DNA of 64,000 bases, taken from positions 76,384,001 through 76,448,000 of the forward strand of contig NC_043006.1 of the NCBI RefSeq assembly GCF_006345805.1, in the 5' to 3' direction. The DNA comes from Octopus sinensis (taxonomy: Eukaryota). Shown piece after piece: positions 13,600 to 30,500 of this stretch. Position 1 is the stretch's first letter, and every line of letters starts with the position of its first letter. The translations under genes and the position numbers were made by a program. The notes beneath the pieces are model-generated. The model worked only from the letters and a program-made list of their open reading frames with translations, was not told the origin of the DNA and made no database searches.

Positions 13600-14075
13600 T
13601 TTGACATCAACAGTGTAACCTTAGATTGATTGAAAATTACCTTTATGAAAGAACTCTAGTTGGTTAATGTGCGATCTATATGAAATCCATTATTCTGATC
13701 CTTCAGGATCGTAATCAGTTCAACAGCTTGCTGTCTAATTTAATGCCCCTCTCATTCGATGCGTTGAATGTGTGTGTATTGTTCTTACCTAAGAGCACTG
13801 TGGGTCATAATCTCAACGTTACCCTATTTTAACACGACAACCTAACTTCGTACGGCGACAGCAGTGAAGTTGAAATCAACAGCACATGCCTATAAATAAC
13901 AACAGCCACACCTCCCACAGAACATTAACTCACAAAAATAAATTTCAATAAATCCACTTCAAGGATGATCAACTGAACCGCCCGGACGAAGTTGCACCGA
14001 CAACATTGCAAGGTTGCGTTTACAACAGTGAGTTGCTGCACTAAGTCGCTGTAGTTGAAAGACGCTTAGGTCACT
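13600..14075 (-). mobile_element. Possible decayed Gypsy-like gag/PBS remnant
   Basis: TAGTGACC resembles a TGGTGACC primer-binding site, followed by weak gag-like peptides; very degenerate. Confidence 0.2.
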
Positions 14076-14164
14076 ATAATATGCTGTATACAATTAAACA
14101 GTAAATTTTATGGACAAACAAATCTGCATACTCTTTATTCTTATTAATATAATACACACACATA

Positions 14165-14207
<43 letters not shown>

Positions 14208-14209
<2 letters not shown>

Positions 14210-14425
14210 TTTCTCTCACTCTTACTTCCTGTTTTTGTTGTACCTGTATTTCAAAGGGCCGCCCTTGTCACTCTCTGTGTCACGCTGAATATCCCCGAGA
14301 ACTACGTTAAGGGTACACGTGTCTGTGGAGTGCTCAGCCACTTACACGTTAATTTCACGAGCAGGCTGTTCCGTTGATTCGGATCAACCGGAACCCTCGT
14401 CGTCGAAACCGACGGAGTGCTTCCA
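14208..14425 (+). mobile_element. 5'-truncated SINE family C
   Basis: Near identical to 5308-5527. Confidence 0.9.
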
Positions 14426-14889
14426 AAAAGAAAAAATATATATATATACACACACACACACACAGAGAAACACACACACGGGACATACACACATTCATAT
14501 CTATCAAGTAGTAGGTCAGGGCAAAGTCCTCCGCCTCCTCGTTGCTGAATAATGAATACAAAGGTGACGGCCTTACAGAAGATTGAATTTAGCACCAGTG
14601 CACATGCAAGCGTTGTTTTTACAAAGTAAACGACCGCAAAAGCTGACTCAGATCAATACCTCTTAGGTACGCATTTGACTCTACAATAATTTTTATGACC
14701 CAAATCTTCAACCAAGTCACTGAAACTTCTGAACCGTGTCTTCACTACGATAAACGACGTTGAACATGCGCAATAGCAAACCTTATGAAAGACAACATGA
14801 GTAGCATCAGCGACTGTAGGGCAGGATATGCAACAACAACAACAACAACAACAACAACAGCAGCAGCAACAGCAATAACAACAACAACA

Positions 14890-15310
14890 ATAATGTTTGT
14901 ACTATAGAAACAAGGACTGAAATTTTGAGGGAAGGGAGATAGTCAATTACATCGACCTCATTAGTCAACTGGTATTTATTTTATGAAAGGCAAAGTCAAC
15001 CGCTGTGGAATTAGATCTCAGAACATACAGACGAACGGAGGAGGAAGACGACAACAACAACGGCAACAACAGCAACAACAATAATATTAAGGATGATGAT
15101 GATAGTTTCAAATCTTGACACGAGGCCAACAATCTTAGGGAAAGGTGCAGGTTGAGTACATCACCACCACAGTACTTGACAATCATTTTTTTTTATCGAT
15201 ACTGAAATGAATGAGGGCAATTCAAATTTGGAGGAATTCTAATTTAGAAAGTAAACAGCAAGAAATATATGCTACCCTTTCCCTGTGTTGCGCCAACATT
15301 TCTGCTAAAA
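14890..15310 (-). mobile_element. Two degenerate Nin-domain SINE remnants with (AAC)n tracts
   Basis: attacatcgacc...aactggta...atgaaaggcaaagtc motifs of family B. Confidence 0.6.
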
Positions 15311-15814
15311 TAGCTACATATGGATTAAAAATACTTACGTGTGACTTAATGTGTATTTGAAAATACATGATAGAGACAAGGAAATGTCTCTAATGAGTAA
15401 ACTAATGTACATACAGCTGGTTTGTAGAGTACAGTTTGAAATGTATTACAAAATTTTAATTACGAGGTAAGACTCAAATATTTAATCTGCATTTTAATGC
15501 GGAATTTTAAACACACACACAAATACACAGAAACATACACACACTCACATATCCATAGTTACATTTTATGGAGAATAACAAATATTGCCCGGACCTGCTT
15601 TGCGGTTCAATTATGACTAATTAGAAGAGCAGGAAAAGCACCTGTTCCTCTGTGCAGAAAGAAAATAACAGATCATGGGTGATCGAATCAACGAAGCTTG
15701 AAATATGTCCGGAGATTCTCGTTTATTTTTCTCTATTCGGATATAATTAGCAGAAGTATTCATAACTGTACCGTTGCAGCGAGTGTTTTAACACTATAGT
15801 TTCGTAACTGTAAT

Positions 15815-15875
<61 letters not shown>

Positions 15876-16512
15876 GTGCATGTGAGTGAGTGTATGTGTG
15901 AGTGTGTGTGTGTACACAAATAGTTGCACAGATACATGTATATTTGTGTGTATGTAAGCAAGTATATTTGTTACTTTGTAAGCGGTGATTGAGAAAAATC
16001 GGGTGAGATATTTCATAAGGGTAAACGTTATCATCTTTTCTTCAAAATCAATATTACAATTTTCTATTTCATGGTAAATTGAGATTTTGAAACTTACACA
16101 TCAAACAATATTTTTAACGCAGTTTAAAGAAAAGAAAAAGAAAGAGAAAAATAAACATAGAGGAAATGTATCTTTAATTTTTGTGAAAACCAGAAATGTT
16201 ATTGAAAGATACAAAATATAGTTAACGTATTATAATAGAAACAATAAATGCTACAAATTTATATGAAAATAACGTTGTTTCATTTCTAATTCGTAGAAGA
16301 TTTATTGTTTATGCTTTACTGAAGTGGTAAAAAAAATAATAAAGAAACTGAAGTAATGTTTTTAGAATTATTAAAATATTCTTAAAAAGAGGAGTTGCTT
16401 ACAGTCCTTCATATATACTCACTTTATTGCAGCCCTCAATATATAAGTTTGGTATTATGCCTTCAATATTTCCAACTTGTGAAGGCTGGTTTCCAGGCAG
16501 TGGCGCAGTTAT

Positions 16513-16932
16513 AGGCGCAGGAGTGGCTGTGTGGTAAGTGGCTTGTTTACTAACCACATGGTTCCGGGTTCAGTCTCACTGCGTGGTACCTTGGGCAAGT
16601 GTCTTCTACTATAGCCTCGGGCCGACCAAAGCCTTGTGAGTCGATTTGGTAGACGGAAACTGAAAGAAGTCCGTCGTATATATGTATATGTATATATATG
16701 CGTGTGTGTGTTTGATTGTGTTTGTCCCCCTAGCATTGCTTGACAACCGATGCTGATGTGTTTATGTCCCCGTTACTTAGCGGTTCGGCAAAAGAGACCG
16801 ATAGAATGAGTACTGGGCTTACAAAAGAATAAGTCCCGGGGTCGAGTTGCTCGATTAAAGGCGGTGCTCCAGCATGGCCGCAGTCAAATGACTGAAACAA
16901 GTAAAAGAGTAAAAGAGTAAAGAGTAAAGAGT
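16513..16932 (+). mobile_element. Full-length SINE family A
   Basis: tRNA-like head with A and B boxes, internal TG tract, (AAAGAGTA)n tail. Confidence 0.93.
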
Positions 16933-18429
16933 GTCAGATATCAGATCGCTTCCCCAGGCCTCCCAGCAACAGCAAAACAGTGCAAGAGTGCAACTTCAAT
17001 TTGAGAGCAACTTTAGTTCCCCAAACCTTTCGCCCCAGCATTACTAAGGCCAGATATTTTCTAACAACAGAAATATCCCTCATGTGGTTTTGATAAAACC
17101 CTTCATGTTTTGGAAAGAACTTTATAAAGAGAGATATATAAGAACATTTGAAAATATACTGCGGTGGTGATTTATGTTGAAAATTTGATGACAGGTCACC
17201 TGCGAAGCTATTAAGGTTAAAAACAGAAAAATTGCAGGCTAGACTCTCTACAGAGTCTTTGGTTGCGACCCAGGCGGTATGAACCCTGGAAAAGCTGGTG
17301 TTACCTGGACACAAACGGGTAGTTAGTATGAGGTCGACAGGATGAGGTCATCAGGATGAAGACATCATGATGAGGACATTGTATAAGGACGCTAAACCTC
17401 CAATAACGCCAAGTAGATTTACTGAGACTTGTCCATATGCCTAACCAGATAATGTTTGAAAAGAAATGTTGTCTGCCTTTTATAATTAAGGGTTTGATTA
17501 AGCAATTATATGTCATACTCTAATACTCAAATCAATGACTTTTTTTTTCTATGCAAATTGGAATCCCGTGAATCTGTAAGTAACTTGTATACGTAACAAC
17601 TGAACATGCTGAGGGCTTTATGTACAAAAAGTGGCAGCCTAATATCCCCCTGCATCAAAGGAAAATTTATGTTGCATTACTTAGTCTTAAATTCATTATC
17701 CCTGAATAAAATGAAAACAAAATAGAACGGTCGCAGCCGACTTTCTTTGGCTCAGACACTTACTGATCACAGCTGATATGGGAAGAAAACACAAAAACAA
17801 AAATAAAATGAAAAGAGGATAACTGAAAATAGAAACAAAACATGAATTACCTGCTAATGAAAACGTGGTAAGTAAACCTGCTAGAAATAGGAGTATTAGA
17901 TACAAAGGAATATACTGGAAAATGCAAACAAAGATAAAGGCCATAGTTATGACTGGAAATTATTTGATTGTATATTTGCACAGTTATGACTAAAGCAAAT
18001 CCGAACAGTAACAACAAAACCATGAATATTTGCTCCATAAAAATGCATGACACATTCGTGTATGCTTAAATATTATAATTTTTCGCCAAATATAATCCTA
18101 TGTGGCGCCGTGGTGAGTATGACTGATCGATATTAGAATATATACAAAACTACCATACATAATGGCCTTTTCAATATCATAACTTTCTCGCATCCAAATG
18201 TCTAGAAATGTTACCATTTACCGAATCGATATTTGGATATTAGAACATTATATCATTTTTCTAATTAAAATGTTGACAAATTAGTATTTCTATAGTAACT
18301 ACTAATTGCATTACTCCTAGTTTTCATTGATTTGTTTTTCATTGCCTGCATGAAATATTAGCGATATACCTCATTATTTAATTTCATTGTAAATTATTCA
18401 CCGCATTTATTTATGATCGTTTTATGATT

Positions 18430-19036
18430 GCTTAACATAGCGTTTTGAGTTCAAATTCAGCCGAAGATAACTTTACCATTCATCCTATCTAGTTCGATGA
18501 AATATGCTCCACCTGTTCAGAGGGGTCGAGGCAGTCCACTAGACCCGTCTCAAAACTACAGCTCTTGTGTCTGTGGTTGAAGGAATCACTATTATTGTTG
18601 TTGTTATCATTATTATTACGGCGGTGAGATGGCAGAATCGTTAGAACCTCGGGGGAAATGCTTTGCGGTATTTCGTCTGTCTTTACGTTCTGAGTTCAAA
18701 CTCCGCCGAGGTCGACTTTGCCTTTCATCCTTTCGGGGTCGATTAAATAAGTACCAGTTACGCAATGGGTCGATGTAATCGACTTAATTCGTTTGTCTGT
18801 CCTTGTTTGTCCTCTCTATGTTTAGCCCCTTGTGGGCAATAAAGAAATAAGAATCGTTAGCATTACAGGGCAAAATGCTAAGCAACATTTCCTCCGTTGT
18901 ACTTTTTTTTTTTTTACATTTTGAGTTCAAATTCCACCGAGGACGACTTTGCATTTCATCGCTTCGGGGTAGATAATATAAGCGCCAGTTGACAATTAGG
19001 ATCGATGTAATCGATTGCTGTCTTCCTCACGAAAGG

Positions 19037-19040
<4 letters not shown>
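18430..19040 (+). mobile_element. Cluster of Nin-domain SINEs (young copy 18620-18850, older flanking copies)
   Basis: Three occurrences of ttgagttcaaa.tc..ccga.g..gacttt...tttcatc. Confidence 0.85.
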
Positions 19041-20612
<1,572 letters not shown>

Positions 20613-20614
20613 AT

Positions 20615-21215
20615 TCTTCTTGTTCTTCTTCTTCTTCTTCTTCTTCTTCTTCTTCTTGAGTGAGAGAGCAGTGCATGCCATCAAAGTGACACTGGGGTAA
20701 AATATACGAAGCCCAGTATCCCCATCATGACTACCCGTCTGATAAGGGTAGACCAGGCACATGCATCACAACCATATGTGCGTGACATGGTGATCTCATA
20801 TCAAGATAAACAACACATGACCTTGCAGGTGGGGCCCAGTTAGAATTTTCTTCTGGTCGAGTAACCCATCCTGCTCAAAAGGTCCCTGAATAAGGTTTGT
20901 TTAAGGATGTTGAACGAAACACCTATGTTTCCAGGGGTGAATTATTCAAACTCCAAAGAATCCCTCTCAACACGTGTCTATGATGCTCCCCCACTACTTC
21001 TGCTTGTGATCAGAGATGCACATATCTTCAGCCACTAAGGGACATGCTCAATTGGTTAAGGTCAAACTACTGACAAGAAAATCTATGGTATTGAGCAAAA
21101 TATTTACTGTAGACCATCTTTTATACCAAAACAAAACAATATACATGATAACACTTTGAATCAGTTGAGATCAGAAGACATGAACGCCACTGCTTGGTAC
21201 TGCATCAGGGCATTT
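20615..21215 (-). mobile_element. Non-coding interspersed retroposon (family E) with (GAA)n tail
   Basis: Second, more decayed copy at 55310-55803. Confidence 0.75.
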
Positions 21216-21272
21216 ATAATTATTATTATTACTATTATTATTATTACTATTACTATTATTATTATCATTATT

Positions 21273-21323
<51 letters not shown>

Positions 21324-21537
21324 CGGTAGTTTTAATTTTACAGCGTGCTTTCACTTCACTACCGAGCGCAGATCTGTGTGCCTTGGGTATGTGCTGTGGT
21401 TTGTTGTGATGCTCTTATGGTTACTGAATTGAAAGTGTTTTACGTAGGATGTGTGCATTACACAGTATTGCAATTTTTTGTATGTTATATATATTTGCAC
21501 GTCCTGGTGTTTTTGTTATCTATTTGTCTGAATATGT
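21216..21537 (-). mobile_element. R4/Dong-like LINE extreme 3' end with (AAT)n tail
   Basis: Peptide TKTPGRANIYNIQKIAILCNAHILRKTLSIQ* followed by a short UTR and (AAT)n. Confidence 0.8.
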
Positions 21538-21654
21538 TATCATCATTATTATCATTACTACTATTACTATTATTATTATTATATTATCATTACTACTATT
21601 ACTATTATTGTTATTATCATTATCATTACTACTATTACTATTATTGTTATTATT

Positions 21655-21920
21655 GTTTACTATAACTATTATTATTATTACTTGTATTACTATTATTATT
21701 ATTATTATTACTTGTATTACTATTATTATTATTATTACTTGTATTACTATTATTAATATTATTATTATTACTTGTATTACTATTATTATTATTATTATTA
21801 CTTGTATTACTATTATTATTATTATTACTTGTATTACTATTATTATTATTATTACTTGTATTACTATTATTAATATTATTATTATTACTTGTATTACTAT
21901 TATTATTATTATTATTATTA
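21655..21920. repeat. Minisatellite of ACTTGTATTACT(ATT)n units built on an (ATT)n microsatellite
   Basis: About 8 units of 27-33 bp; a variant unit containing ATTAATATT recurs twice. Confidence 0.9.
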
Positions 21921-22319
21921 TTAGTAGTAGTAGTAGTGGTAGTAACAGCAGCAGCAGCAGCGGCAGCTGTATCTATATCATGCCTTGTGAATGCAAACCC
22001 TGGACCATATAGTCGTACCTTACCATTCTTTCACTGTATAATTCGCTATGTACCTTACTCGCTTGATTTGTTTATGCGGGCGAAAATATCATAACACGTT
22101 ATAAAATAAGCTAGCATCTAGAATATTCTTATATTATATTATTTCCTTCCAAAATTTTCTGAATGATATTCCGTTGTAAATCGACTGCATCTTACGGAGA
22201 CAATAAAACATAAGTGTTGCATGTCTGCAATTGGATAAAGCGTGAGGTTGTTTAGATTGTAACAACAGTCTTTCACTATCTGTCTTATCTCTGTCTCTAT
22301 CTTTTTCTCTCTTCTCATA

Positions 22320-22714
22320 TATTTACATACACACACAAATACATACATTCATATATGTATATATATGTATATACACGCACACACACACGGATATATATAT
22401 ATATATATATATACACGCATATATATATATATACACACGCACACACACATATACAGACACATACACACACACATATACACACATACACACACACATACAC
22501 ACACATATACACACACACACGTACACACACATACACACACATATATATACACGCATACATACATACACACATACATACATACATACACACACATACATAC
22601 ATACATACACACACATACATACATATACACACACATACATACATATACACACACATACATACATACACACACATACATACATACTCACACATATACATAC
22701 ATACACACACACAT

Positions 22715-22771
<57 letters not shown>

Positions 22772-22800
22772 CATATAATGCATACACACATATACACAGC
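22320..22800. repeat. Compound (CA)n/(CATA)n/(AT)n microsatellite
   Basis: Direct reading. Confidence 0.95.
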
Positions 22801-24000
22801 GCTAGCACTTGCCCTTAATGTATATTGAAAACCATCAAAGCATTTCAATCCTTCCCCTAGCTGGCTGGATATGTTGGAGAATATAAAATTCTTTCTCATA
22901 TTTTACTTATTTGTCATGTAGGAAGCGTCATTGCATGATAGGCCTACAGTAATTCACCTTCTGCTTCACATGGTGGCATGCGGTCCGTGTCCTATCGATT
23001 ATTTACTTGTATTATTATACATACATGCATTCGTTCTACGAATGCAAATATATGCAACTGCGCTTTGTTTGTTTGTTTTTTTTATTTAGGCAGAATATTG
23101 TAATTAGAATTAGAAATAAAAATGAAAGAATATAGAAGAATAATATCAATCCATAAAATATACTTTGTTCGATGCAATTAATTATATCTCCTCTTTTGTA
23201 TAGACAAAAAAAAATCAATACACGACTGTTAAAATGTAAACAGTTCTAATAATTATTACCAAATACTTCCCTTTCCCGATATAATTAATGCAGTCAATTT
23301 GGTACATTCTGTATGTTTTCGATCTATTGAATATTGAAGTAAATATTAAACCAGAAAAGATTATTGAGTGTTATGGTTTAACTGCGTTTTGAAACGTTGT
23401 GATCTCAGACTTTGCTCACAGTGAATGTCTGTGACTTCGCAGTATTTCGCATAATATTTCAATATTACAACGTTCTGCGTTGAATCAACATCCCGTCCTA
23501 TACGAAATAGGTCGATATTCAAAAAAGTAGTAACCGAAACCTCTCCGAATAAATTTCGACCAAACAGCGATTAATATGTTCCTGAATAGCTATGGTATGG
23601 AGCAAAGTTGAGGTTTTTGCGGGTGGAACGAGCACCTGTTTGATTACGGCTTATCCATACAGAAGCCAGCGTCTCTTTTGTTAGAATTTTATGTTTTCCA
23701 TTTTAATTGTTTCTGTAAATTGAAGTAGAGGTTTCGATATGTATATATGTATGTATGTATGTATGTATGTACGTACGTATGCTTGCATGTACATACGTAT
23801 ATATGTATGTACGCATGTGCATATATATGTATGTATGTCTATATATCTATCTGTCTCTTTATCTATCTCTAGTTCTCACTCTCTGTCTCTGTGCGTGCAT
23901 ATATATATATATAAAAAGTACCTTTATGTACACACATGTTTACATATATGTACGTGTGTACATATGTATACAAAGCATGTTTACTATATATATATAGTTT

Positions 24001-24669
24001 TAAGAGTTTTAAGTACAAGGAGCTGTGCTCTCAACATTGGTCAATCCGTTTTCGCCAAAGGCCCATAACCCTCGACAGACCACCAAATTCAGTGAACCGA
24101 CAATTATGTCCAGTTGAAGCGTTTTTAATTTGATAAATCTCCTTAAAAAATGTCCTGCAACGTCTCAAGTTGTTGTAGGTTATTGAAAAGAATGCAGAAG
24201 AACCAAATGTGCACAATATAATATCAGTATACTCACAAACTTATATGTTTATTGCGGAACGAAAACGTTATTTTATTGAAGATAAGGAAACGAATACTTA
24301 ATTCAGGATATGAGGAATATATGGGACTACACGGGCACACAAGCGCACACACACACATATATATATGTATATGTATTCGTTTCCTTATCTTCAATAAAAT
24401 AACGTTTTCGTTCCGCAATAAACATATAAGTTTGTGAGTATACTGATCTTATATTGTGCACATTTGGTTCTTCTGCATTCTTTTCAATAACCTACAACAA
24501 CTTGAGACGTTGCAGGAAATTTTCTAAGGAGATTTATCAAATTAAAAACGCTTCAACTGGACATAATTGTCGGTTCACTGAATTTGGTGGTCTGTCGAGG
24601 GTTATGGGCCTTTGGCGAAAACGGATTGACCAATGTTGAGAGCACAGCTCCTTGTACTTAAAACTCTTA
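24001..24669. repeat. 297-bp near-perfect inverted repeat with a 75-bp spacer, derived from a PLE GIY-YIG/3' region
   Basis: Arms 24001-24297 and 24373-24669 with ~3 mismatches by eye; mirror ORFs in the track; minus-strand peptides YHARV / FYVGI / HKSFKYKE / WSI...RQLCPVEAFLI parallel the 10516-10870 GIY-YIG. Confidence 0.9.
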
Positions 24670-24785
24670 TGGGAAAATGTATACCAACATAAAATAAAAT
24701 TAAGGATAATGTGTGTTAATAATATTTGGTATTTAGAAGTTCTGTAAGATATAAACCCTCGCATGGTATGTACAAACACACACAC

Positions 24786-24825
<40 letters not shown>

Positions 24826-25102
24826 CATATATGTGTGTGTATCTACGTATCTTGGCCTCCCCCGCCTCTCTCTCTCTGTATGAGTACGACTCGCAAGTTA
24901 GTGTGTCTGATAAAATCAAGGAACCAAACCGATTCTTCAAAGCCACAGTCAGCCCCTGTACTAAAAGTTCATAAATATGAACGCAACTGAAAATTATAAA
25001 ACAACCTATTAGTTTCACGATAAATTGATGTTATAAATAACTTAATATGAAAAATATTAATATATTAATAAATACACAAATACACACACGCGCGCGGACA
25101 CA

Positions 25103-25685
<583 letters not shown>

Positions 25686-25691
25686 ATATAT

Positions 25692-25742
<51 letters not shown>

Positions 25743-25754
25743 ATGTGTGTAAGA

Positions 25755-25803
<49 letters not shown>

Positions 25804-26029
25804 ATGTATATATAAGACTTAGTTTATGAAACAAATTTCAATAAATTACTTCGAATAAATGAAACGAAGCAGATTGAATGTTAAAATGGAGTATCCTTTT
25901 ATTTCATATTCCCCAGCAATTGTTTCTAAGAAAAGGACCAATATTTCTATTAAGAGAAGATCATAAAGATCGAATTTGTACTCTTTAAAGTAAAATATAA
26001 ATTTAAAAGACGTTTAAAATATATTTATT

Positions 26030-27541
26030 TCATCATTGTAGAGCCTACTACAGCTGCATGGGATGGAGTACACGCAGTTTTCGTCATATTCTCTTCTACT
26101 GGTGGTTTTATTCGAATGAGAAATTTGCGAATGTTGTATTACTCTTGAATACTGCCCTGATGTCATATGGGCCGCATATCTTTTGCATATTTTCCGAGAG
26201 GCCTTTCACATAGGGTAGACTGTAGACAGTTTTTTGGTTTCATCCTCTTTTCTTCATAATTGGAGTGGATGGTATGTTTTGGGGGTAGTGGTTGCCTAAT
26301 ACATTGTTATTGAGCTTGATCATTTCTTCGTGGTGTGTATCACGATCGCTAATTATATTCATTGCTCGACGTTTTAGGCACTGAGCAATCCCTCTCTTTA
26401 CACCGTATGGATGGTGGGAATTGAAGTTGAGCTATCCTCCAGTGAAGGTCGGCTTCCGGTATACGGATGTCCTGAATCCATACTGGGTGCGTGTTATAAA
26501 TACGTCCAGGAATGCTATTTGATTCTCTTTTTCCCTTTCCATTGTGAACTCTACAGATGGCTTTATTGAGTTCACATGGTCTAACAGCACTTAGACATCT
26601 CCCTGGTGGGGCCAGAGTATAAAGGTGTCATCTACATATTGTAGCCATAGTGTTGGTTTTATTGGTGTTGATCCTAAAGCCAATTTCTCAAAGTATTCCA
26701 TGTATATATTGGCTATTATCGGTGATAATGGCGAACCCATAGCTAAAACCTCCTTTTGTCGATATATATCAGTATCCATACTGGAGTAGGTAGTTTCTAC
26801 ACATAAGGTCAACCTTTCCATTAAGTTTCTTATTGGTATACTTCTGTGTTCTTTTAGATGGGTGTTTGTCAATAGCTTTCATTGAATCATCGATAGTGCT
26901 TCACCAGTTGGGACTTTGGTGAACAGACTTATCACATCTAGACTCACCATCTGGTTAGATTCAATGGGGTTATTCTTGCTCAATTCTGTGAAGTAGGCGC
27001 AATTTTTCACGTATGATGTTGACTTTCCTGCCAATGGACACATTATATCCACAAGGAAGCGTCTCAGCGGATGATATGCTGGACCTCTACAGATCAATAT
27101 AGGTCCTAATAGAATACTATCGTTGTGAATCTTAGGAGGACCGTACAGGTGTGGTAGTTTACTCTAGTGTTGAATCAGTTGTCTGTACTTCATTCGTGTC
27201 AAGTGATCCTTGTTCTTGATCAAGATCTGTGACAGCTTCCTCTCTGTTTTCAGATTTGGGTATTTCTTTACTTTGCTATAGCACCATTAACTTATAAGAC
27301 TAGCCAATATTTCAGAGTAGTCAGACTTGTTCATCACCATTGTAGCATTAACCTTGTCTGCTGGAAGCATTATGATAGAATTGATAGCGAACTTTTCTTC
27401 CTTAGTGATGTTTGCTTTATGTAGTATCTTTCTTATTTTCCACCTTCGTTCGTCTCCCTGAGCTTTCGATATATTTATGGCTATCTCTTCAATAGGAGCT
27501 ATAATGTCTAAGTATGGAATGCGGTTGATGGTTGTCGCAAA
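26030..27541 (-). mobile_element. Penelope/Poseidon-type PLE RT + start of GIY-YIG (pseudogenised)
   Basis: FATTINRIPYLDIIAPIEE, LPADKVNATMVM, LYGPPKIH, VSLDVISLFTKVP, LAMGSPLSPIIANIYMEYFE, WLQYVDDTFILW, AFLDVFI, VYRKPT, VYSIPCSC; frameshifts and stops. Confidence 0.95.
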
Positions 27542-27586
27542 GATGAGGACAAATATCCCTCAAATGTAAATAATGTAAATAATGTT
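27538..27586 (+). repeat. Inverted terminal fragment fused to the 5' truncation of the Penelope RT
   Basis: AAGATGAGGACAAATATCC.TC.AATGTAAATAATGTAAATAATGT matches the reverse complement of 44436-44481. Confidence 0.85.
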
Positions 27587-30500
27587 ATTTGTAACAGTCC
27601 TTTAATCTGTAGACATTGTCATTGCTTTCCTGAAAAGTTTGGCGATTTAATTAAAAAGCAAAGAAAAAGATTCCACTGTAGTACAAAAGCAATAAACGAG
27701 AGAAGAACAAGAGAATAGATACATTGATTATAGGAGATCATATCGGAAACATGACGAATCATTCCTGGTAATCATGAAAAATCCTGATAATCATAAAAAA
27801 GTCTCTCCTCTAATGTGAGGAAAAACTGATGGTTTTCCGTCATTTAAATTTAGTTGAGTTTGGCAATTAATGTAGATACACCTACAACACGCACTGTAAT
27901 TATTTCCACTGATGTAAACACGTATTTTGTTTGGCTTTAATACAATCTAATATTTTATGACGGTTGCGATTGTGGTTATGTATGTACTAAAGTAACAGAC
28001 AATTAATTAGAGCTGATAGAAACAAAATAATGTTATATGTTTAATACTGCACTAAGACCCAGGGATGGACTGTGGAACCAAAACATAAAATGCATCTGAA
28101 GTCCCATTTTGTCACTCTCAGTGCTCAACTGAATACATCAGCATAGAAAGAAAACCATCCGTAATATCTTCTAAAATACATATGATATTGCATAACATGA
28201 AATAATTGGAATTAGGGTCGAAAATAGACTCGAATGTAGTTCTACCTTCGAAAACAACAAAATGTGTTTTGGATAGCGTAATTGGAATTTAACGATGAGT
28301 GACAATTTAAACATAATAATTTGGTTATTCCTAATTACCATCTGACAAGAGTGCTAACAACGCTATTAATTCTAGAACATGTGATTGACAGATATTGTAA
28401 TTGGATGTTGAAGATTAATCTCTAAGGCTATGAAATACTTGTTTATTTAGCCCGAGACTCTATTTATAATACATAATTTTATTTGTATTTCGCTTTGTGG
28501 TTCTTGTTTCATGATTTTTAGTTCAAGTGCTTGATTTCTCTAGAAGTATGTGATTCTGATTGGAAGTATTTTTTTCCTTTGGAGATTTTGTAATTATTGA
28601 AAAATAATTATTGTATCAGAAACAAGAAACCTAAAAAAGATTATAGAACATATATCTCTCTGTTTAAGCATCATTTTGAATATTAGATATTTTAATAGAA
28701 TTATATATTCAATAAATATAAAACACCAAGACACCTGAACGCTGTTTTTGTAGACATTGAAATAAGATTTACGTAATTAAATAATTATATTATTGGATAT
28801 AAAACCACCACATTGCGAGTATTGTCAGTTTGAAATGTAATATAATGCAGTTAACAAAATGAATCAAATAAATAGTAAACCAAACTAAAACAGTTTCCTT
28901 CTGCCCACACTACAAAATATTCCATTTTCCTGTATAAAACATTTAAATTATTTACACTTCTATTGTGTTTCTTTAAGAGAATCTTGATTTGCACCGCGTG
29001 TTTGAGAGGTAGGCTATTATAATTATGAAGTAACATGAATGAGACTTAAAGATGTTACAGAGAATTTGCTTATACAGTCGAGGCCAAAATGTGCAATGTA
29101 GGTCTGAAAATGAGATTTTTTTTATTATTTACTTTAAGTTATATTTAATGTGCAATATATTATTACTTGCTGAAAAGTTTGAAATATAGCTCTGGAAATT
29201 ATTAGCTTAGTATATCTCTACGTTTTATATATTTGAATCGAATTCTACTTGGGCATAATTTACAGACAAAAATTCCAGACGTTTGACCACGACTGACTAT
29301 CGGTAGTGTAACATAACCAAGTTAAATAAATTTGCTTTATCGCAGTTAGATAATCTGGCTGCGTTAATATTGTCCTTCGTTCTAACCCTTCATTTACACA
29401 AAAAGTGGTTTGGAAAATGCTTGAACATCACAGTATTCTATTGCATTCTAGAATATAAAATATTAGTACTTAGTTCCAATAAAACCAATATTTACAGCAC
29501 ATTCAACGATCATAGGTGATTTCTTTAAAATGTATGTTAACGTGTAGCTGACTAAACAGAAAAATGCGAGTTATAATAAAAGAATGCCTCGGGAGCTATA
29601 TTGTAAAAGTGACATTTAAGAATACACAAAGCTATTAAATTCGTTTTACATTTTTTCCGAGATGTGTCAAAATTTAAATCTAAAGTGTATTTAACATCGT
29701 TATGCATTATTAAATGGCTCTTCTACCATAGAGTTGCTTCAGTTTCAGCACAAAATCTCAGATCACGTTACATGTTAGACAAGTACAGAACCGAAAAAAT
29801 AAAACTTTGCAGTATTGGAATTGATTTTAAAAGGTGCTGAATTGGCAACAGTTTGCTACTCTAAACGCAAGCACTAACTTCACACTGGAATAATTTTGAA
29901 AGATCGAAGTTCTCTGCGGTAGAAACATACGAGTTATTTTCGATTTTTCTTCCACTCAAACAATTAAAAGTTATGTATTAAATGTACGCAACAATCCTTT
30001 GCCGATGTTGCTAACTTTCCAATCTACTAAACTGAAATTCTCATTTCTGGAATTTTCTCTCCACTCATGTTTTCTTCCTCAAAGCAAAGAGAAAATTTAT
30101 CCTCACATTCAATATGAAATATACAAGTATCGCTATTCTTAAGTTATCCAAAAAAAGCGATAAACTTAAATATATATTTGTTTATATATCGATATATTTC
30201 TTTTTAGTATTTCATTCTTAAACTTCTATAAGCGATTATAGAAACAATACTTATTTTTCAAGTTAGTAGATTTAACTGTCGGGTGATATTGCCTAGGATC
30301 GTAAAGAAGGCTAAACCAGCTGTCAAGTGAGGGATAAAATTCGAACATGCTTACACGCACTTACACTTCACACTTTCATACGCACATACACACACATACA
30401 CATACACACATACGTACACAAACAAATGCATATACATCCTCATACGAGCACACATAAAACCCCATATACATCTATATATCTATCTATTTATGTTTATACA

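Noticed and set aside
16934-17314. 126-aa ORF on the minus strand
   Set aside because: No recognisable motif; starts at GTG; probably an unclassified repeat.
21655-21920. CRISPR-like regularly spaced repeats
   Set aside because: The 'spacers' are just (ATT)n; eukaryotic minisatellite, no cas genes.
22795-22899. SQLGEGLKCFDGFQY resembling a FLYWCH/MULE N-terminus
   Set aside because: Too short, runs into a microsatellite, and no WxC or downstream transposase motifs were seen.
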